Shown piece by piece: positions 1 to 13,167 of a stretch of DNA of 64,000 nucleotides (positions within the stretch are counted from its first letter, which is position 1; each line of letters starts with the position of its first letter). The stretch covers positions 248,001 through 312,000 of the forward strand of contig NW_005434635.1 of NCBI RefSeq assembly GCF_000315625.1, read 5' to 3'. The notes below the pieces were generated by a model that did no database searches, was not told the DNA's origin, and was given only the letters and a program-made list of their open reading frames with translations. Both the position numbers and the translations under genes were made by a program. Source of the DNA: Guillardia theta CCMP2712. Its lineage: Eukaryota; Protista; Cryptophyta.

Positions 1-327
1 GGAGATGGTGGGCAAAACTTGATCAACGCCTGAACAGGCCGGCATGGATTCTAACGCTTCCCTGCTGTACCTCAGGACTTCCCGGGGACAACTTCATGAT
101 CGGAGTCAAACGTGGAGCTCAACTTGGCAATTTCAATTTGCAAGAGTGAGAGAGAGAAGCTGTCATGTGTCAAGGCTAACGTTGAGAAGGAAAAGACCAT
201 CGCAATTGGACAAAGCTGCTGCCAACCCGTCATCAGTCAAGGACAAGAATCCTGTTGTCACCAAGAACTCAGCTTTGCGAGGGGGAAGGTTGTGGGATTT
301 CCTGATTGTTTTCACTTTTTCTGACAT
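1..327 (-). CDS. Possible 5' part of a multi-exon hypothetical gene running off the window
   Basis: ATG at 327 (MSEKVKTIRKSHNLPPRKAEFL) followed by intron-like GT..AG segments; no recognisable domain. Confidence 0.25.
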
Positions 328-594
328 TCTTTTTGTATTTGTCACGGTTCAGCTTCGGAAGATTTTTATCGGAACTCTTTGAAATCACAGATCTTAACGG
401 ATGAGTAAATCAGTGACTTCCGAATGTGAAATTTCCACTATAGCTTGACCACGCCGCCGCACTGCTAGGACGGTCACGGGTGGCGGCCGCACGGCTGCCC
501 CGGCCGGCCCGGGCCCGGCCCTGCCCGGCGGCGCCTTCCATTTCGCACCGACTCCGTGCCTCACCAGCTAGTTCAAATATACGTTCACTGGGCA

Positions 595-2858
595 ATGCAC
601 CCCAGGATGTACCGGCGAGTATGGCAGAGGAGAACTAGCTGCCGAAATGCGCATCAGATGATTGTCATGGTGCTTGCAATCATGATGTCCTGCGGCATGT
701 TGTCACCGACGTCTGCAGTTGTCGAAGATGAAACGTGGGAGAAGATGTTTGTGCAAGGAGTCGACGAAAAATCGTTGAAAGACTATCTGTTCAAGATTAC
801 AAGCTACGACCATGTCGCAGGCACCCTGGGAGACCTCAGATCCACCAACTTCGTCAAGAACAGACTAGAATCATCACTCAGAGACACTCCTGCTCTCGTG
901 GAGGTAGAGGCTGTTCCGGTCATGCTGTCCTACCCCATCAGTCGGCAGTTGAGAATGACAGAGCCGGTGGAATTCAATGCCAGTCTGAGCGAGACCATCT
1001 TGCCAAACGATGCTACCTCAGACAACGTCTGGAGAAACCTCTCTTTCAACGCTTATTCGCCCTCCGGCAACGTCTCTGCGCAGCTGGTGTACGCCAACTA
1101 CGGTGACCCGGACGACTTCGTAGCGCTAGAGAAGCTCGGCGTGTCCGTCGAGGGCAAGATTGTGATTGTACGGTATGGGTCGACGTTTCGTGGTCTGAAG
1201 GTGAACTCCGTTGATGTTTGCTTCCTCCCTTTTCATGATCGATGACTGCCCGAGCACAGGTCATGAACGCCGAGCGGAGGGGAGCGATCGGCTGTATCAT
1301 CTACAGCGATCCTGAGGACGACGGCTACCAGCGCGGACCGACGTACCCGGATGGGCCATGGAGGCCGAAACAAGCAGTGCAGCGAGGATCCGTCCAATTC
1401 AACTCGCTCTGTGCCGGCGACCCAGCACGCAAGTACTCCAAGAAGTCAACGATGGACCTTTGCGGGTATGCCGTCGAAGACCTCATCCCCTCCATCCCTG
1501 TCCTCCCGATCTCTTACGAGGATGCTGCTCCTCTGCTGCAGAATCTTGTCACTCCTGGAGACCTCCCTCCTGGCTTTCAAGGCGGTCTTCCCTTCAAGTA
1601 TGCGACAGGCCCAGGTCCAGCCCACGTCAACCTGCTCGTAAACAACAAGTTCGAGGCTCGCAGGGTCTGGAATGTCTTCGCTACCATCCCCAGCGGCAAC
1701 TTTGGAACAGCAGACGACAAGCTCGTGCTTGCCGGCAATCACCGCGATGCGTGGGTCTATGGCGCCGCTGACCCCAACTCTGGGACCGCTGCTCTACTCG
1801 AGATGGCCAGAGTCTTGGGGGACATGTTGAGGAAGGGATGGAAGCCGAAGAGGACTATCGTGCTGTGTAACTGGGACGGAGAGGAGTACGGGCTTCTTGG
1901 GAGCACAGCATGGGGGGAGAAACGAGCTAAGGAGCTCTCCTCCAAGAGTGTCGTCTACCTCAACGTGGACGTCGGGGTCGCCGGCCCGCACCTTTCAGTG
2001 CACGCCTCTCCTTTCCTCAGCCCCGTCATCACCAACGTCTCCCGCATGTTCGTTGACCCAGCAACGGGTCAGCCTCTCGATCGAGCATGGGACGGAGCCA
2101 TCGGGACGCTGGGCTCCGGGTCGGACTACACAGTCTTCCTTGATCATCTCGGCATCCCATCGGTCGATTTGTCATGGCGGCACAATACCAGTGCCTACGG
2201 CGTCTACCACAGCGTGTACGACAGCTTCTCCTACATGGTGCAGCAAGTTGATCCAGACTTCCGCTATCATGCTCTCTGCACCAGGTTCTGGGGGGTCACC
2301 CTCCTTCGGTTCTCGGATAGTGCTCTCCTCCCGTATGATCCCAAGAGCCTTGCAGGAGCGTTGAATAAGTACTTGCTGTACGTCAAGAGCATGATGAACG
2401 CGACGGTGTGTCGAGGACAGTGCTCGGAGATCTTCAAGGTGGTGAAGCAGGAGGGGAGTGGTGTGTTCCCACTAGACCTCAGTGAGCTAGAGGAGGCAGT
2501 CAGCGGCTTCACGACCGCTGCGTCCTCTCCTGCGCTGCAGCAGGCCATCGCATCCTGCAGGCAGGAAGGAGCTTGCAGCAAGAGGCTGCTGCTCCGTCTG
2601 AACGAGGCAATGAGGAGGACAGAGAGAGCATTCCTGGATCCGGCAGGGCTCCCTGGGAGGAAATGGTTCCGCCACATCCTACAGGCGCCCGGGCTGTACC
2701 TCGGGTATGGCGCTGACATGTTTCCTGGTATCTGCCAGGCGATTCGTGATGGGGATGCGAAGCTGGCGCAAGAACAAGCGACGCGCTGTGCGGGGGTTGT
2801 GAAGCACGCGAGTTCGGTTTTAATGAGCTGGCAGCAAGACAGAGAAGTCGTTACTTGA
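595..2858 (+). CDS. Glutamate carboxypeptidase II-like M28B peptidase (PA, M28 and TfR-dimer domains), 2 exons
   Basis: Motifs GNHRDAWVYGAADPNSGTA, WDGEEYGLLGSTAW, GSGSDYTVF, YHSVYD and PA-domain VYANYG..IVIVRYG..RGLK. Intron 1201-1259 (GTGAAC..CACAG) joins RGLK|VMNAE in phase. N-terminal hydrophobic segment; the start could be 658 instead. Confidence 0.92.
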
Positions 2859-2956
2859 AGGAAGACTGTACAACAAGAACAACAAGAACAAGAGGGAGAA
2901 CAAGGGGGAGGAAAACTATGGGGAAAACAAGATGATGAAGAAATACAATGTCACTC

Positions 2957-3961
2957 TCAATCCTGTGCAATCTGCGCGATCAGAAAATCGACGAACATCT
3001 CTGCAGCCTTCTCCGACGTCGACGGGGTCTGGCCATCGTCGGTCACTACCTTGAGAAACTGCCTCTTAATCCTCCTCTGCTCTCCGATGGGGACGACCCG
3101 GTTGATAGTGACGGGCTTGCTGCAGTACGGGAACTTCACCACCCCTGCCATCACCCCCTCTGACTGGCTCTTCTGAAGGGTTCCGAGGATCTGCGACGTT
3201 ATCACATCTATCTCGTGCAGCATGTTCTTGTCCGCCACGGGCTGGGAGACTGTCGCCAGGTTCGGATTGAGGCTCTTTCCTTCGATCATGCTCACCACGT
3301 CGTCCAGCGGGAGGACCTCGTCCTCTGGCCGCACCACAAACAGCGGCCTCTCCCATCGATTCCTGTCGTTGGGCCGCTCGAACCTCTGCGGCAGCTCCGC
3401 CAGGATGCTCTCCCCGTACGCCCCCGTCCCCGCGTTGAACCCGGCTATCTGCTCCACGGTCGCGTCGCAGTGGATGGTGCACATGGTAGTCCCCACAGCC
3501 CGGGCGATGCAGAAGAGCTCGTAACGGAATCCCTTGATGTAGTTGAGATCGTCGGCAACGACCGTCAGGTTCTTGGTCAGCGTCCGTTCGATCGCTGCCT
3601 TGAGAGCGGACCTGCTCATTTTCTCCGCCTGCAGGGAGAGGATGAGGGAGGGAGGGAGGGAGGGAGGGAGGAAGATGGAGTTAGCGGAGAAGAAGAGGAT
3701 ACGGGAAACCAGTTTAGTTTAGTTTGGCACAAAATATCCTGAATGATCACCTGGGAATCCTTATAGCTTTCATTTCTGTCTATACCAAGACTCTCGTTGT
3801 TGATCAAAGTGTGTGAGATTCCCTTCTCAGCAAGAAAGCTGCACAGCTCTTTTGACCTGTTCGCACGCTAGACCATCAGGTTTTGCAGAGCAAGTGGCTG
3901 AAGTGGCTCACCTTGTGGTTTTCCCTGAGGAAGGGTATCCACAAACAACGACCAGAGGCAT
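2957..3961 (-). CDS. KTI12: KTI12 Elongator-associated ATPase, 3 exons
   Basis: Exon 1 MPLVVVCGYPSSGKTT (P-loop); exon 3 ADDLNYIKGFRYELFCIAR and RFERPNDRNRWERPLF; C-terminal RRIKRQFLK. Confidence 0.93.
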
Positions 3962-4157
3962 GCTACCCTAGTCGAGCATTCATGGAAACTGTAAGAAACA
4001 AAAATCAGGCATTAGACTTTCATTCGGTTTTAAATCTCTCAATTGTGTAGAACCTTGATTTTATGATTGCTCTGAAAACATAGCCCATGCTGTCCTTCAT
4101 GGCTAAAGTCAATTTGTACCGCTCGCTCGTGTCTCGAATGTTATCTCTATGGTCCAG

Positions 4158-4208
4158 CTGCTCCTGCTCCTGCTTGTTCTACTCCTGCTCCTGCTCCTGC
4201 TTGTTCTA

Positions 4209-4279
<71 letters not shown>

Positions 4280-4307
4280 ACTGCTGCTCCTGCTCCTGCT
4301 CCTACTG

Positions 4308-4338
<31 letters not shown>
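4158..4338. repeat. (CTCCTG)n hexamer microsatellite with variant units
   Basis: Direct tandem repeat. The same family occurs at about 21324-21400, 21917-21972, 26932-27002 (reverse) and 49540-49716. Confidence 0.95.
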
Positions 4339-4339
<1 letters not shown>

Positions 4340-5336
4340 TCCTCAAATCGTTTCCGCACATGCACTGTGCTGTATGAGCTTTCAAGGACCCTACCCGTTT
4401 TTTGACTTCTCATAACCTACCACCCCACAACAATTAACCACCCCACGCACCACCCCATCTTACGCTGGAATTGTACCCCTTCTTTCGGTTTTCCGGCTAC
4501 CCCAACATGACCTACCACCCCCGGGCATGAGTGCTACATCCCATCCAACTACCCACCAACTGAAATGAAACTTGGTTGAATCCAGGGGGTGTGATTGAGA
4601 TACACGTCCCTGAAGGGGTCGTTTGACCGAATCATCAGGAGGAGACTACGGGTACTTTTTCTCAAGATACATTTCTGTAGGGGTAGAATTCAAAGGGGTG
4701 GGGTGGTAGTCGATGTGCCAGATAGATAAGTATGCTGATGACAAGTAGGGAGCAGGGAGAGGAAGACGGCGATGCAGGAGCGAGAGAGTCTCGATTCCGA
4801 CATGATCGTCAGATGGAGCAGTAGGAAGGAGCAGGAGCACGATGACCATAACGAGATCAAACAAGACATGGGCAGAGAGAGCTCCTGGAACGTGAGACGG
4901 GCTGAGCTACAGCAGAACAAGTTAGTGGAGATAGATTATCTGGAGATAGATAGTTGATAGCGAGAGAAGGATAGATAGGATAGATGGAGAACACAGGTGG
5001 GGCGGGGACTCGAGCTGATTTCATGGTTGAGGGTGAGATCATAAAGTAGTGCAGGGTGATGATTTGAAATAATGGTCATACACGACTAACAGGAAAGAGA
5101 CTGGATATGGCTGGATCAGCCTTGAAATAGTAGAAAGGATGGCGGAGCAGTGATATGATGCGACATAAACTTAACTAGAAGTCAATTCTTCAGGATTGAA
5201 CCATTTCTTTGTTGAGAACTCTCGATAGAGTATGAGCCTCATCAATCAACACTCACATCAAGCATGACGTCTGATTGTGTTTGTGCGCAGATCCCTGATA
5301 CTTGTGAATGTGTTTTTGAGTGCTGTTGGGGTCGAC

Positions 5337-6627
5337 ATGCTTGGGTTGCGGAACGATGCAGACCTTCGGCCGGTTATCTGGGTCTTCAAGTATTACCTCA
5401 TATCATACCTTGCATGGACATATGAGGATTATTTTCGACATTCATATCTTCTGTCATTTCTGACAGTCCTGGTGATTTCTTACTACTCCTTCGCTGGAGC
5501 AACGATCACTCATAACACGATGCATTCCAAAGTTTTCTATGGCAAGTGGGCGAACAGGATCTGGCAAGTTCTTCTCTCCTTGACCTACGGGCATCCTGTC
5601 AGTTCCTTCGTTCCAGGCCACAACCTGAGTCATCACCGATACACACAACTCCTTCAGGATCCCATGAGAACCAGCAAGCTGCGGTTTCGATGGAACTTTT
5701 TGAATGGCCTGTTGTTTCAGCCCATCGTTGCAGGAGATGTCTTCAAGGCGGATGTGAGATACATCAACATGCAGAGCAAGATTCAGACTGCCAGGGCTCA
5801 AGAGTTCTACACGAACTGCATGCGCGAGTTCTCTATCGTCGGCTTGACGACGGTCCTCCTGCTCGTGCTCGACCCCCGCAAGTTCTTCGTCTACGTCTGG
5901 TTTCCTCATTTCTTCGCTCAGTGGGGTATCGTGTCGATGAACATGCTGCAGCACGACGGCTGTGACCTTGTCCCTAGCCTTGTGAGGGAGGAAGCAGTAG
6001 AGAACTGGAACGGCAGCAGAAACTTCGTGGGTCCCCTAATCAACTACCTGACATTCAACAACGGATATCACACTATTCATCATCTCCATCCTACTATGCA
6101 TTGGTCTAGGCTGCCGGAAGAGCACGAGCGAGTAGTCAAGCCGAAGATTCATCCTTCGTTGGATGAGCGCTGCATGGCGAGGTAAGGCCTGCTCCTTCTC
6201 CTACTCCTACTCCTTCTCCTGCTCTTTTTCCTTCTCCCCCTCCTTCTCCCTCTCCTGCTCCTGCAGCTGCTCCTGCTGACTTTCCGCGCCTCCAGGTACA
6301 TTGTCCGTGCTTTCATCTACCCTGGAAAGCGACTGGACTACCTTGGGAACGAGGTCAAAGTACCAGCAGGTGAGAGAGAGGAGGCGAGCCGGTGATGCTG
6401 ATCAACAAGATGCAGAGCCCGAGCCCGAGGACGCTGATTGGACTCAAGACTACGCGCCTGATGGGCTCAAACCTCAAGATTATCAGGTGGCTTTTCTTGT
6501 CAGCTCTTCACCCTTGTGAGCTCTTGAGCAGGTAGACATGAGCTGGAAGGGTATCCTCCGAGCTCTGCCGCTCATCCCCCTCAAACTCCTGGCGCCTCTC
6601 TACTCCCCTGTGCATAAGATCGCCTAA
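5337..6627 (+). CDS. Membrane fatty-acid desaturase family protein, multi-exon
   Basis: Three His boxes HNTMH, HNLSHH, (NNGY)HTIHH plus QHDG; transmembrane segments. A large first exon to about 6181 is followed by short exons ending ..PVHKIA* (TAA 6625-6627). Confidence 0.88.
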
Positions 6628-6785
6628 AAAGCGTTCGCTCCTCCTATACTCAACGTCTTCATTCGTGTGATAACATCACTATGACGCAGAATGAAATAAA
6701 GCCATTCATGTCGGAAACACCCGTAAGCACGAAATTCGTATGTTTGCATTTATTGGAGAACAGATTGAATAATGTTTCTGCCTTC

Positions 6786-8432
6786 TTATGCTTGCATGCG
6801 CTTGGCAGCCTCGCGAGCGACAGCCTTCTCCTTCTGGCGAGTCTTCTCCTGTGACTTGGCACCCATGATGCCTCCACCCCAACGACGCAAATCTTCAGCC
6901 CTGTCGTTGAAGTTGCTACGAACGTTATCCACGAGCTTGGAAAATGCTCCCTTATCCTGCAAACGAGGGTCAGTTACCACGTATCCTTCATCTCTTCCAT
7001 TTTCTCACCTCATCCCGAATGTTGGTGAACGCAAGAGCAGTAGCGTTCTTCTTGTGAACGACAGCTCCGAGCCTTGCCTTGCCCTTGACGATGCAGTAGG
7101 GGATATCGTGCTTGCGGCAGAGAGCCGGAAGCCAAATTACAAGCTCAATAGGATCGACCTGCGCACAGACCATCACATGCCGCATCGGGCAAAGGGAGAG
7201 CAACTCACATCGTGAGCGATAACGACCATGGTTGCCCTCTTGGAGGTCACGAGGCGCTCGATGTGGTTGATACCGCACTTGACGAAGCAGGGCATCTTGT
7301 CCTCCTTAGCCTTGCCGCCAGCAGCCTTGGCCTCAGCCACGGCCTTGAGACGCTGCTCCTTGGCCTCCTTGGTCTCAGGTCTGTACTTGTTGAGCATCTT
7401 GAAAACCTCAGCGGCTGCAGGCGAGCATCAGCGATGGAACAAGAGGGAGGAGAATGAACGCACCAGTGTTCTTATCTACAGTGCGGGTGAATTGGTGGAT
7501 GGCAGGAGGGATCTTGAGACGCTGGTACAGCACCCTGCGCTGACGCTGAAGACGGACATTCTTGGGCCACTTGACGAAGCGGGCAAGGTCCTTCTTGGGC
7601 TGGACGTTGTTTCCAATGCCGAAGTTCTTAGGAGTCTTCTGGAACAGAGGGTTCTCCTCCTTCTTGGCAGACTTCTTGGCCGCAGCCGCAGGAGCCGCAC
7701 TCTTGGGTCCCTGAGTCACATCGTCTCAGCCACAACAAGCAACCGGGAAGATAGCGTGCAGGTTTCATGTGCTGTGAATGAAATGCCACAAACAAACACG
7801 TCTCGAATGTTAGATCGGCAACTCAACACATGTACTCAGAACTCAACACACAAGTGAAACAATAGACAATCGCAAGCTGAACGCGGAATCAACACTGCTG
7901 AACGTGATGGTATTCACACAACAACCCAACTGACTGAAATGAGACAGGAAACTCGAGGGTGGTGATGCTATACATATGAGAAACATGAATGAACGCGAGT
8001 CCAAACACAGTGATCAACGTCTTTCACATATTCAAGTAAGCTACAAGACATCACCAAGTAACAGCTGCATCATATAGCTCAACCTTTCACGGATCAGGCA
8101 TCAACAAGAAAGAAGTCAAAGTGTCTTTGCAGAGAAATTTTTGTTGCTCATACATGATTCTTTAACATATTTTACGAACATGAGATCACAGGAATAATAG
8201 CACTCTATCGCATCACTTGTATACCACATGACTGCCATGCCCAACAAACATCACTTTTCATGGGAACACTATCTCATCGAGCTTGACAGGTTCTGTTATG
8301 CTCGGATGTTATACCATCTGGCATCATCCTTCATCTCATCTCATGTTCTTCCTCCTTCTCTCCTCCTCCTCGCCTCTCAGCATCTCCACCCATCCTCCCC
8401 CTCATCGCCACCGCCTCCATCACCTTCGGCAT
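6786..8432 (-). CDS. RPL7A: 60S ribosomal protein L7a (eL8), 5 coding exons
   Basis: MPK|[68 protein letters not shown]|[29 protein letters not shown]. The 9-nt first exon is 8432-8424 and intron 1 is 8423-7711. Confidence 0.97.
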
Positions 8433-8814
8433 CGCTCGCTCGAGCTTCGCACGCGCACGCGTCTGGAAAAAAAAGGCTCAGACCTAAACACCCCTACCCC
8501 TACCGACTCCAGAATTGCAAGGTACCTCGGGCTCTCGCAAATGTCCTCACTACGGGTATCTTTTGATATGAACATTACCCGTGTTGATGTCAAAAGTACC
8601 GGTACATTTTGGAGGGGGCCCCATACCACCCCACCATTGGTCCCACCCTTTAGTTTATTTAGTTAGGGTTGGTTGTTGAACTAACCCCCTTGACCCGCGC
8701 CAAAGCCGCTCCCAATGGCGCCTTCGGAAGCCGTATGCATGTGAAACAGTGTGAAAGGAAAGGGGAGGGGGGGGGGGAGGAGAGCAGTGATGACATGCTG
8801 GGACAAATCACTAG

Positions 8815-9000
8815 TGATGATGTGTCATTCCATGCTATGCTATGCTATGCTATGCTGTGAAGTGATGTGAAGTGATGTGAAGTGATGTGAAGTGAAGTGA
8901 TGTGATGTGATGTGATGTGCTGTGCTGTGCTGTGCTGTGCTGTGCTGTGCTGTGCTGTGCTGTGCTGTGATGTGATGTGATGTGATGTGATGTGATGTTA
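8815..9000. repeat. Compound pentamer microsatellite (GCTAT/GAAGT/GATGT/GCTGT)
   Basis: Visible tandem 5-mers changing in blocks. Confidence 0.9.
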
Positions 9001-9139
9001 TATGATACGATAGGGCATGGTATGACAAGACATGTGATACGACCGGATAAGACATGTGACTTCCAGCACTGTCCAAACCCTTGAGGCTTCCCACAAGATG
9101 TTGAAATGTCTCGCGCTTAACTTTGCAGAGCAATCAATT

Positions 9140-11259
9140 GATTTGTATGTATGATTGAAATAATCAAACAATATGGTCTACAACGAGATGGTAGGCAGCC
9201 CCTCCGATTTCACTCATTCCTCGATGATAGAAACTGAGGGCAAAACTCTGCAAAGATCTTGTCCAAGGTCACTTCCTGCTCCTTTGCTATGTCTGCCGCT
9301 CTCTGCTGAAAGTTTTCCGTCATCTCTTTCAAATCGTTCGCAAGAGAAATGGCAGGGACTTTCGCCTTCAAGGAAGCTTGTTAGAAAGCTCAACAAGCAA
9401 TTGTCTACATCTCACCAATGAACACTCGTCCCTGTTGAGGTCTTCGTAGATTTGGATCTGTTGCACAGTCAACGATCGCAAGGGCAGAAGTGGGTATCAT
9501 CACGAATGTTGCAGCTGCGATGAACCTTCGGATGTATACGCCAGTCATGAACATCTCGTCCTCTCCTGAACTGTCGTCTTCTGATGTGTGCCGGCCTGTT
9601 CTTCGCAGATACGAAGGGCGACTCAGGCTGAAGAGATTGGAGCTTGCTTTCTCAATCAGCTCGATGTCGTGCTGAAGGAGGCGACAGTCAGAAAGTCAAC
9701 AACAAGCAACACAATTGCAGCTCACCCTCTGACGGAAACGACCATATTCCTTCTCGGCAAGTTCCGACGAGTACCATGACTCCACCATCAGCTCAGCATC
9801 TGACTTCGGGAGGCAGTTCTCAGCCATGTCTGACGAGTCTTCGGACTGAGAAGACAGCAAGCTTTCAACAGGTTTGGCGGCAGCTGCTGCTTTCTCCTGG
9901 TTGTAGTCGGTGTGTTGAGGCGCGCTTGGTTGACCAACCCCAGCAAGAGGAAAGGAAAGCGCAACTATGAACCTCTCGGTTGTCGTCGACTTGCCATACG
10001 AGTTCTCGCCGAGCAAGATTTGACCTGACATGGGCGAGTTGCTCTTATAGATCTGGAAGGAGATGACAGAGGAGGTCTTGGCGTTGAGACCCTCAAGTAG
10101 CATCCCGTCCAGCTTGCGGAATCCTTGAGACAGCCACTGTGGCGCCACTGGGCAAGACTCTATCAAGATATACAAATAGGCAGGAGCCCCGAGGTGCAGG
10201 GAAGACTGACAGAAAGCATGTGGGCCCTGCATAATTTTTCAACGTACATTACAGGCCGGGCACAACCAACCTCATAGGGCTTGAGGATGTAAAGCAGCCC
10301 CGAGAGTTCTTTGGGAACGCTGTGGAAGACGATCGTAGAGTCACGCATGCGCTCCTGGTGGTTAAGAAACAGCGGCTCATCCTTTGCGATATGGCCGGTA
10401 ACAAACTGTTCAAAGCTTGCTTTGAGACTATGAGCAAGTGGGCTCGAGATGTACTTACCCGTACAGTGCTCAAGACGTGCTCATATTGTTCTTCGTGTAT
10501 CTCCAGAGGAATCTGGAAACGTGTCATCAAGGGCTGCTGGTGTGCTTTGGAAGATGTACCCGATTCTCATGAATCCAATGGTGAACGTGCCCCTCAAAAT
10601 ACTCCTTGGCAGCCTGCAACATCAGCGTCATGGGCATCCACGTGTACAGCAGCACTAGGCAGATCATTGTCACCTTGGAGATCTTCTTGAGAGATTGCAG
10701 GCGAGCGTTCGAAGCTCGCTCCCTCAATGACAGGCCGTCCCTCCCTTTGCCGATCTCCACCGCTGCAAGGGCATCGCAGATGCGAACGGCCTTGTCGCTC
10801 GCCTCTTCGATCGCTTTCTCGCGATGCTCAATCTGCTCCAGCCTTGCCTCCAGCTGCTTCATCCTTCCTTGACATGTCTGGACTTTGTTGCGAAGCTCCG
10901 CCATCCGCGCCTGGTTGTCCTTCTCTGTCTTCAGAGTCTCTGAGTTCAGCAGCTTCGCTGCCCTGCATGCCTCCGAGACCTTCCACCTGCTCGACAGGAG
11001 GCATGCGTCAGACTGCTGGGGATGAGACGGGACGTCAGACTCACAGCCCTTTCTCTCCCATCTCCAACTCCGTCATCCATTTGATGCAGTCCTTGGGCGG
11101 CGCTCCTGGCTCAATCTTCCTGAGGCCAGTGAAGTTGCTCTGCAGTCCCTTGACGCTCGCTTCCTCCAGGCATCCGTACCCTCGAGCATCGGGATCCGCA
11201 CTTCCTTTAACAGACCCAGCGCTCAACTGGAAGGGAGCGCCTTGCCCGAGGGAGAACAT
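9140..11259 (-). CDS. Hypothetical multi-exon protein with a coiled-coil segment
   Basis: Chain of minus-strand ORFs (11259-11041, 10904-10527, 10232-9696, 9396-9214) separated by about 50-nt GT-AG introns; heptad-like MAELRNKVQTCQGRMKQLEARLEQIEHREK. The 3' end is approximate. Confidence 0.55.
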
Positions 11260-11331
11260 TGTGACACGAGGATGCCTGGTTGCGTACCTTACCTCTCCTG
11301 CTCTCCGCTCCTTCCCGCTCCTCTCTTTTCG

Positions 11332-11570
11332 TCCTGACCTGACCTGACCGTTCCTGTCCTGTCCTGTCCTGTCCTGTCCTGACCTGTCCTGTCCTGTCCT
11401 GACCTGTCCTGTCCTGTCCTGTCCTGTCCTGTCCTGAGCTGACCTGAGCTGACCTGACCTGACCTGACCTGTCCTGTCCTGTCCTGAGCTGACCTGACCT
11501 GTCCTGTCCTGTCCTGTCCTGTCCTGTCCTGTCCTGACCTGACCTGACCTGTCCTGTCCTGTCCTGTCCT
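11332..11570. repeat. (CCTGT/CCTGA) pentamer microsatellite in a divergent intergenic region
   Basis: Tandem 5-mers between the minus-strand start at 11259 and the plus-strand start at 11912. Confidence 0.93.
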
Positions 11571-11911
11571 CTCTTCGCTCACTCCTGCCTCCTTGTCCTG
11601 TCTTTCCGCCTCCCTCAAGTCCCCCCTCTTCCTTCCTGGCTCAAGTCAGGCTTCCCTCCTATCCAAATTTTCACTCACATTGGGGCAGAGATTATCTCAT
11701 AGCCCCGGACCATTATCAGTATTTGCTGTCTTTTCCCCCTCTCCCTTCCTCTCTCCGCGTGCAGCGCAAGCTTCGCTTAGAATCGGCTGCGCCCTCCACC
11801 TTCCTCTTTCTAGCCGCCCCCTCCCCCTCCCCCTCCTCCTCTGAGCCTCAACTCTGCTAGCTTGTCTCCCTTGCTGCATCTCCTCTGCTTCCTCTCAACA
11901 GTCTTGCTGCG

Positions 11912-12287
11912 ATGGGAGTCTTGTCGTGGGTTGGTCTGGGAGGGAAGAAGTCTGGCGACGACGAGCTTTTCAGCGACGATGCAGGGAACGGGGTAAGTTT
12001 GTGCGCATTCATGAATCTACCTGTATGCCGAGCTCAATGAGGAGTGACGGTTTGTGTTTCAGCAGAGCAGTCAAGCCGACAAAATCAAGCAAGTTTACCA
12101 GAAACATATGGCTTCCAAGTACCTCAATGAGCTTGCCTCCCAGATCTCTTTCAAGTGCTTCATGAAGTGCTCGAATGAGAGCTCCATGAACACATCGGAG
12201 AATGGTTGCACAGCACTATGCTGTGACAGATACCTAGACACGATCAACTTCGTCCGTCAAGTGATGTCGACGAGGAACAGCAGATAA
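11912..12287 (+). CDS. Mitochondrial intermembrane-space small Tim chaperone (Tim13/Tim8-like), 2 exons
   Basis: Twin CX3C motif CFMKC..CTALC followed by CDRYLDT; phase-0 intron 11993-12062 (GTAAG..TTCAG). Confidence 0.85.
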
Positions 12288-12719
12288 TCGTTTCTTTGAA
12301 GGGACGAGGAGTGGATACAGATGCCTCGATCATTCTTCATGCTCTGCTAGCTGCATGCTCTATTGTGGGAGCCACTCATTTCATTCATTGGTGTGTTGAT
12401 AAACATTCGTACTGACGTTTGGGTGAATAAAGAAATTCATACCTGCCGCATCGCCATGTTAGTTTTTTTCATGAGTGGCTAACCATCTTGATAAGTCAGA
12501 CGCATTGCATGGTTACGATGTTTGAACTCAGTACGAGGACAATCAGGAATTATTTACATGAAGGAACAAAGGTGTGAACTTGAGAAACAGAGGAGTCATC
12601 TGAGGATGTCATGGTCCAAGAACCTCAGCCTGTACCGTCGGACTTGCTTCATCACTTGGCGCTAAACAAGCTTCACTAAGTACGGCCAATTGTCATTTCC
12701 AGAGCCACTTATCATGCGC

Positions 12720-13150
12720 CGATGATGACAGTGAGAAGATCGCCGGGAATGAGAGACTCCGCGCTGCCAGTATCATGCCAACTTGGCAAGTTTCAAGCCG
12801 GCGGCCCGGGGCCCGGCCGGTACCGTCACGATAGGCTAGTACTGACCGTCCCGAAGTTCACGGTTCAACGGTTCAACCGAAGTTCAGTGGCATCACTGGA
12901 CTGTCAGGGCCTGAGTCAGCGGAGCCTGGCCCACTGCCCAGTGGGGCGGCCCGGCCGGGCGCGCCACCCGTGACCGTGACCCGCTGCCGTGCACGGCTGT
13001 CGGGCGGTGCCGCGGGCGGCCGGGCCGCAGGCCTCAGTGAGGCCCCGGGCCGCGCGGCGCCGCCCGACTGGCAGCCGGGCGGGCCCGGGGCCGCCCGGCG
13101 GCCGCGGGCCGGGCCGGGCGGGCCGCCCGGCGGTGACTGAGCGGGGACGA
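12720..13150. repeat. GC-rich palindromic-word island upstream of the carbonic anhydrase gene
   Basis: Dense GGCCCGGGCC/CCGG/GTGAC/CAGTG words; similar islands recur in the window. Confidence 0.6.
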
Positions 13151-13167
13151 GGGCTAGTGGAACCGAT

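Noticed and set aside
4087-4415. Poly-Leu, (SC)n and (GA)n ORFs, also at about 21.2-21.9 kb, 26.7-27.1 kb, 49.3-49.9 kb and 59.7-60.7 kb
   Set aside because: Translations of stop-free microsatellites, not proteins.
11332-11570. CRISPR-like or coded repeat array
   Set aside because: Simple pentamer repeats without unique spacers, in a eukaryotic context with no cas genes.
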